Origin: Octopus vulgaris
Lineage: Eukaryota
DNA: 64,000 nt
Assembly: GCA_951406725.2 (NCBI GenBank)
Contig: OX597814.1
Location: 154,566,001-154,630,000 of the forward strand
Reading direction: 5' to 3'
Position 1 is the stretch's first letter. Each line of letters opens with the position of its first letter. Of this stretch, positions 56,164 to 64,000 are shown one piece after another. The translations under genes and the position numbers were made by a program. Below the pieces are notes generated by a model that saw only the letters and a list, made by a program, of their open reading frames with translations, had not been told where the DNA came from and did no database searches.

Positions 56164-56787
56164 GTATGTATGTATGTATGTATGTATCTATCTATACGGT
56201 TTAATCGATATTCGCATATATATATTCATATACATATATACATGCATGTGCGTATATATACAAAGTTATACATATGTGTCTTTATACACAAAACTATACA
56301 TATGTGTATATGCACACATAGATATGCGTATACGTATGTGTGTGTGTGTGTATCAATATATCACCCCTTTTCTTACATTATTTATCACAACACCTCATTC
56401 CAGTATCATTTTCAAAAACACCGTTTCCACGCCCGTAATCTATACAACTCCACCCCCTTTAAATGAAAATCATAACGATAAAGCCACGGCTTTTTTTACG
56501 TACCTATATATATATATATATATATTTATATACTATGTCTTATTTAACCTTAACGATAACTCCTCCCATTTGTTTTGGCTAACTAACCAATCAATATTGA
56601 GTATACAGCAACAGAGTAACGCCGCATGCTTTTCTTGAATGCTGGCGTATAAAGCCTCGTTTATCTTTGTTTACAACCAGCCAACATTTCTGGATACTTT
56701 CTTTTGTTTTGCATTATGAATATTTAGCATATTCACATGTAGATCCATGTACGAATATAAACATGTTAATGTAATTACATTAACACA

Positions 56788-56828
<41 letters not shown>

Positions 56829-56867
56829 ATATATATATATGTATACATACATACATACATAAGTACA

Positions 56868-57235
56868 TGCGGCCATGCTGGAGCACCGCCTTTTTTAGTC
56901 GAGCAAATCGACCCCGGGACTTATTCTTTGTAAGCCCAGTACTTATTCTATCGGTCTCTTTTGCCGAACCGCTAAGTGACGGGCACGTAAACACACCAGC
57001 ATCGGTTGTCAAGCAATGCTAGGGGGACAAACACAGACGCACAAACACACACACATATATATATACATATATACGACAGGCTTCTTTCAGTTTCCGTCTA
57101 CCAAATCTACTCACAAGGCATTGGTCGGCCCGGGGGCTATAGCAGAAGACACTTGCCCAAGATGTCACGCAGTGGGACTGAACCCGGAACCATGTGGTTG
57201 GTTAGCAAGCTACTTACCACACAGCCACTCCTGCG

Positions 57236-57237
<2 letters not shown>
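56868..57237 (-). mobile_element. SINE family A, young subfamily
   Basis: Shares diagnostic variants with 47017-47384. Confidence 0.92.
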
Positions 57238-57283
<46 letters not shown>

Positions 57284-57443
57284 GTACACACATACACAAA
57301 CATACACACACATATGTAATAATAATAATTGGTGAAGGAAACGGAAGATAGATTTGGCACTATTGTTTATTCATATTTATATGTATGTATGTATGAATGT
57401 ATGAATGTATGTACGTATGTGTGTATGTATGTGTGTATGTATG

Positions 57444-57501
<58 letters not shown>

Positions 57502-57639
57502 CATGTTACATCTATGAATACATGTATATACTTGTTGCTTATTTTGATTATAATCACCCCATGGATTTATATGGATAATACCATACAAAATTCTGGTGCC
57601 TCTGATTTAAGTACCATATTCATTTGAATCTAAATTTTG

Positions 57640-57688
<49 letters not shown>

Positions 57689-57829
57689 TACATCACAGAC
57701 ATACACACGCACATACATACACACATATGTATGTATACATATGTCTATGATATATGCATCTATGCATACATGCATATATATCACACATACACACACACTC
57801 ACACATACATACATACATACATACATACA

Positions 57830-58287
57830 CAGTTTCTTTCACTTTCCATCTGTCAAATCCACTCACAAGCCTTTGGCTGTTATAAAAGACACCTGCCCAA
57901 GGGGTCACGCAGTGGGACTGAACCCGAAGCCCGTGTTGTGAAGCTAACGTCTTACCGCACAGCCACGCTTGCGTGTATACACACATGCTCGCATACATAC
58001 GCACACACACGCACAAACACACACACACACACATACATTCTTTCATTCTTTTAATTGTTTCAGTCATTTGACTGCGGTCATGCTGGAGCACCGCCTTTTA
58101 ACTCGAATAAATCGACATCAGGACTTATTCTTTGTAAGCCTATTACTTATGCTATCGGTCACTTACCGAACCGCTAAGTTACGGGGACGTAAACACACCA
58201 GCATCGGTTGTCAAGCGATGATGGGTGGGGAGGACACAAACACAGACACACAAACATATACATACACACACACACACACACACATAA

Positions 58288-58335
<48 letters not shown>

Positions 58336-58383
58336 GACGGGCTTCTTTCAGTTTCCGTCTATCAAATCCACTCACAAGGCTTT
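57830..58383 (-). mobile_element. two SINE family A partial copies
   Basis: Head fragment 57830-57972; tail and body 58037-58383. Confidence 0.85.
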
Positions 58384-58825
58384 GATCTTACGTATATCAG
58401 TTATACGGAAGTGTGCAGAGTGTAAAGAGATGTAGAGATGAGGAAAACATACCAAAATAAAAGCCCAACAGAAGCCGGTGGTTGTTGAAATATAACCGAT
58501 TTCATAACCACGTGGTTCTTGTTAAGAACAAGACGTGCGACATCTTGATCAAGTGCCTAATCCACTCGCCAGTATATTGTGACGGGAAAATCGGCTGAAG
58601 TTGTGATGTCTCCCCTGTGTGTGTGTGTGTTTGCGCACGGGTGTCTGTCTGTCGTCTGTCTGTCCCCCTTTGTCATATGCCCCCCCCCTCGCTCTCTCGA
58701 TCTTATTCGATCAGAGATCAAGAACCACATGAAAACTGCTGTATAGAAAAAGTGCACTTGATAGCAACACATAAAACTGAATGCTGCATCTGCAGCAAAA
58801 ATTACAAGTTACTTGCTCTCTATCA

Positions 58826-58909
<84 letters not shown>

Positions 58910-58946
58910 GTCAGTCTGTCTGTCTGTCTGTCTGTCTATACATACA

Positions 58947-58980
<34 letters not shown>

Positions 58981-59194
58981 AATACATGTCAACGTAATGG
59001 TCACATTTCACAGATACATATAATTATATACGTATGATTATAAAATGTATGTGTGTATGTATGTATACGCTTGTAAGTATGAATGTATGTATTTGTCTGT
59101 CTGTCTGTCTCTACAATCTTTTATTGTTTCAGGTCAAGATCCGTGATCATACTGGGACACCCCAAATGGTGCTCCAGCGGGCATATGTATGTTT

Positions 59195-59257
<63 letters not shown>

Positions 59258-59492
59258 CATATATGCACACTCATATCTAAGTCCGCATATATAAAAGTAT
59301 GCACTTGTGCAAAGTATATAGATAAATGTGTGTATGTATGTATGTATGCATGTATATGTGTATGTGCGTGTGTGTGTGTATACATATGGAGTAGTAGAGT
59401 TAGTTTGAGTTATTATAACATCATAAATCAATATACCCGCGAATACTAGCATGTATAGAGGTATTCTATACATACCTGATTGCATAATGAGA

Positions 59493-59537
<45 letters not shown>

Positions 59538-59636
59538 GTAAATATATATATTTATATATATATATTTATATATGTAAATATATATATTTATATATATATA
59601 TATATATTTATACATGTAAATATATATATTTATATA

Positions 59637-59687
<51 letters not shown>

Positions 59688-59982
59688 ATGTATATATATA
59701 TACATATGTACATATATATGTGTATATATATAATATTTAGGGTATTTAAATAACACTTGGTATATGTATGGAAACTTAGACGCACACAAACACGAATATA
59801 TATAGGTGTGTGCGCGTGCAGATGTATAAACATATATAGGTGTGTGTGCAGATGTATAAACATATATAGGTGTGTGTGTGTGCAGATGTATAAACATATA
59901 TAGAAACATATAATTTATATGTACATATATACATATATACATATATATATGTACAAGCATATATAATTCATATGCGTATATA

Positions 59983-60021
<39 letters not shown>

Positions 60022-60057
60022 GTATATATAAAGATATGTACAAACATAATTTATTTG

Positions 60058-60089
<32 letters not shown>

Positions 60090-60223
60090 CATATATATAT
60101 ATATATGTATATATATATATGTATATATATATATATGTATATATATGCACGTATATATAAACGTATATACGAGCATATATATTTCAATACATATAAATAA
60201 TATATGTTTAATTTGTATACATA

Positions 60224-60278
<55 letters not shown>

Positions 60279-60310
60279 TATATGTATATATATATATATA
60301 TGTATATATG

Positions 60311-60356
<46 letters not shown>

Positions 60357-60419
60357 TGTATGTATGTATGTATGTATGTATGTATGTATGAGTGTATGAA
60401 TGTATGTATGTATTTGTAT

Positions 60420-60627
60420 GTTTGTGTTTGTCCCCAATCATCACTAAATAACCGATGTAGGCGTGTTTACGTCCCCGTAACTTAACATTTCGGCCAAAAC
60501 GACCGGTGAATTAAGTACTAGGCTTACAAGGAATAAAGTACTAGAGACGATTTGTTCGATTACAGGCAATGCTCCAGCATGGCCGCTGTCAGATGACAGA
60601 AACAATTAAAATAAAAAAAATAAAAGA
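60420..60627 (+). mobile_element. SINE family A 3' half
   Basis: gtgtttacgtccccgtaactta...gctccagcatggccgctgtcagatgacagaaac. Confidence 0.8.
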
Positions 60628-60999
60628 ACACATGAATAATATACTAATAAACACAATATATAAATGTATCGCGATGATATTTGTATATTTTGTAAGCACA
60701 CATATGCATGCACGTATGTATGCATGCATGTATGTATGTATATATGAATGTATGTCTATATAAGCAAACGGGCACCATTTATAATTTGTCATATATATAT
60801 CGTCCAACCCATACTATCATGGAAAGCGGACGCTAAACGATGATGATGATGATATATATATATATATATATATATTCTATATCTAAACCAAATCTCAAGT
60901 AACACCAAAGGGTTAGCTTTCTTTCATTTTTACTTTAATCTCACTCCTTCTCTGTCTCTCTCCCCACATATATACGCGTGTGTATGTGTATATATATTT

Positions 61000-61031
<32 letters not shown>

Positions 61032-61062
61032 GCATATATATATGTATGTATATATATATATG

Positions 61063-61115
<53 letters not shown>

Positions 61116-61175
61116 GCATATATATATGTATGTATATGTATATGCATATATATATGTATGTATATTATATATATG

Positions 61176-61211
<36 letters not shown>

Positions 61212-61225
61212 TATATATATGTATG

Positions 61226-61300
<75 letters not shown>

Positions 61301-61529
61301 AGAAATGAGGTACTCAGAAAATCGGATGGGTTATATTTTCAGATAGTTATTTGTATATTACATTTTTTACACATCATATAACTTAGATCATGTATTAGCG
61401 CTTTCTCCCATTCTAGTGGGGTTTTCAAATCAAACTAAATTCCTGCTTGATAAGTTTTGACCATTTTATAGTGGTACTGAGTTTGTAGTGGTGTGGAGGA
61501 ATATAAAACAGTACAAGAGGGTGATTGAT

Positions 61530-61657
<128 letters not shown>

Positions 61658-61770
61658 TATATATATATATGTATATATCTGTATATATACACACATACAA
61701 AACACAAGTTTACGATATTGCACATGGATAGAAATATAGAAAAAAGAATTTGAAAATGCAATTTGTTTGA

Positions 61771-61805
<35 letters not shown>

Positions 61806-61971
61806 CTCTCTCTCTCTCTTTCTATCTATCTATCTATCTATCTGTCTGTCTGTCTGTCTGTCTATATCTGTATGTGTGTCTGTATGAGCGTATACATATT
61901 TATATAAACGTAAAAATTTATACATGGACACATACGCACACATATTATTCACATACTTTTGTTTACACACA

Positions 61972-62041
<70 letters not shown>

Positions 62042-62074
62042 CTTACTTGGAAATGGATGCGTGGCGTTCAATGA

Positions 62075-62164
<90 letters not shown>

Positions 62165-62342
62165 TATATGGGTATAGGGCATCACCAACATGAAATATGG
62201 AAACAAATGAGTTCAATACACAAACTATGAGAGAAACAAGTGGGAAACAGGACAAGTAACACAAAGAACGACACTTCATCATATGTAGTAGTTGTAATTA
62301 CATGCATAAGTGTATGTATATACATGTATATATATGTATATG

Positions 62343-62373
<31 letters not shown>

Positions 62374-62949
62374 GTACGACAGGCTTCTTTCAGTTTTCGT
62401 CTACCAAATCCACTCACAAGGCTATGGTCGGCCCGAGGCTATAGTAGAAGACACTTGCCTAAGGTGCCACGCAGTGGGACTGAACCCGGAACCATGTGGT
62501 TGGTAAGCAAGCTACTTATCACACATCCACTCCTGCACCTATGTGTATATATATTCTTGTATTCTTTTATTTGTTTCAATTATTTGACTGTGGTCATGCT
62601 GGGGCACCGCCTTTAGTCGAGCAAATCGACTCCGGGACTTATTCTTCGTGAGCCTAGTGCTTACTCTATCGGTGTCTTTTGCCGAACCGCTAAGTTGCGG
62701 GGACGTAGACACACCAGCAGCTCTTGTTGGGGTGGGGGGGGGGGGGCAAACACACACACACATACGACGTGCTTCTTTCAGTTTCCGTCTACCAAATCCA
62801 CTCAAGGACCAAATCCACTCAAGGACCAAATCCACTCAAGGCTTTGGTCTGCCCGAGGCTATAGTAGGTGACACTTGCCCTAGGTTCCACGCAGTGGGAC
62901 TGAACCCGAATACATGTGGTTGGTAAGTAAGCTACTTACCACACAGCCA
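62374..62949 (-). mobile_element. two SINE family A copies (62374-62539 head; 62553-62949)
   Basis: Standard head and tail; internal triplication of ccaaatccactcaagg at ~62790-62840. Confidence 0.88.
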
Positions 62950-63104
62950 TATATAAATCTTTGAACATATTATATGGCATGTGCTATATAATACACACAC
63001 ACACAAATATATGTACGTATGCCTTAATGTTTATGGAAACTAATTTATGTTTGCTATTGTCTATATATATAGACAAAGAAGTTCCAAAGTCTTATATTCT
63101 TTTA

Positions 63105-63620
63105 TTAGTTTTATATATGTGGTTACCGTCATGCTGGGTCACCACCCTGATTTTGTACTTACACACTTCACTCTTATTTTGCTGATATCTTTGGGGTGGT
63201 ATTAGTTCAGTTCACCACGCTTGCATGAGCCTTTTTCCTTGATTGTTTCCCCATTTGGTGTATGAGCGAATTTGACTATGCTGCCCTTATCTATACCTCA
63301 TGCCGTGCCGTTGCTTCCTCCTATCGTATTTAAGAGGATGTCTCATTCCTTTCTGAAAACATCAACGTCCACATTGTTCAGGCTTCTTGATTTTTTTGGT
63401 CGGAGATGGAAGAGCTGTGAGCCTTGGATTCCTACGCTATTGCAGTACCTGATTCTATCTTTAGACATGGTGGACGGTACCTTTATACAATGGAGTGTCT
63501 TCCAGTTCCAGCATTTGAATAACACTCGATGCCGATATTAGGTACTAACCCTTCCAGAATTTTCCATATGTAGATTATTACATGTGTCGCGCCTTCACTC
63601 CAGTAAGTAAAGTACCTTTT
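63105..63620 (-). mobile_element. CR1-group LINE 3' fragment, decayed
   Basis: Minus strand IIYIWKILEGLVPNIGIECYSNAGTGRH, YCNSVGIQGSQLF, IRAA*SNSLIHQ; homologous to 17150-17500. Confidence 0.85.
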
Positions 63621-63649
63621 ATATATATGAATATATATATAAGTGTATG

Positions 63650-63730
<81 letters not shown>

Positions 63731-63754
63731 ATGTATCTGAGTAAGCACATAAAT

Positions 63755-63916
63755 GTGAAACGAGAAAATATAGTACTCGAATACCGGAGGTAGAATAATA
63801 TGCTTTATTGTTAAAGCTTAAAAAAACGACACAAAAATCACAAAACACGGCTACTCAGAGTTTCATGTTCCTGTTCGTCGGACAGTTGTTCTTAATCACA
63901 ACTGTTCGACGAACAG
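63755..63916 (-). mobile_element. PLE-end-like fragment with HHR-like motif (63846-63886) and short fold-back
   Basis: Minus strand ctgt-CCGACGA-acaggaacat-GAAAC-tctga-GTA-gc; inverted repeat 63871-63889 / 63898-63916. Confidence 0.6.
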
Positions 63917-63921
63917 ATTTC

Positions 63922-64000
63922 TCTTGTTGTAGGGCACTGAAGAGCTGTGGGCCTTTGAAACTTAGATTATTGCAGTACTTGTTCCTGAATTTAGACAGAG
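63922..64000 (-). mobile_element. CR1-group LINE fragment
   Basis: Minus strand LSKFRNKYCNNLSFKGPQLFSAL, like YCDSLGFRGPQLFNIL at ~17300. Confidence 0.7.

Noticed and set aside
63947-63968. CTGAAGA...GAAAC as a hammerhead
   Set aside because: Antisense of CR1 coding sequence; no helix I or III.

Overview
Eukaryotic, AT-rich, microsatellite-saturated DNA. The SINE families and repeat landscape look like an octopus/cephalopod genome (inference). Nearly all ORFs in the track are translations of (TA)n, (CA)n, (TATC)n, (TATG)n or (ATT)n tracts and are not genes. The window holds dozens of tRNA-derived SINEs (three head/core families), 3' fragments of CR1-group, R4/Dong, Hero and L1/Tx1-like LINEs, a mariner relic, hAT-type and other MITEs, a Helitron Rep remnant, a probable solo LTR and a ~29-bp minisatellite. 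There is one plausible host exon: a minus-strand first coding exon at 44619-44718, with an apparently very long intron running toward coordinate 1. The most notable signal is a set of short elements embedded in (TA)n, several of them fold-back palindromes. They carry type I hammerhead ribozyme (HHR) motifs (CUGANGA...GAAA...UH with short, often palindromic helix III) in several unrelated sequence families, and one lies next to a GIY-YIG endonuclease remnant. These are interpreted as Penelope-like element ends. HHR cores look intact at 4130-4194 (-), 4285-4349 (+) and 35669-35719 (-). All calls were made by eye; no database search or folding was run, and repeat boundaries are approximate.
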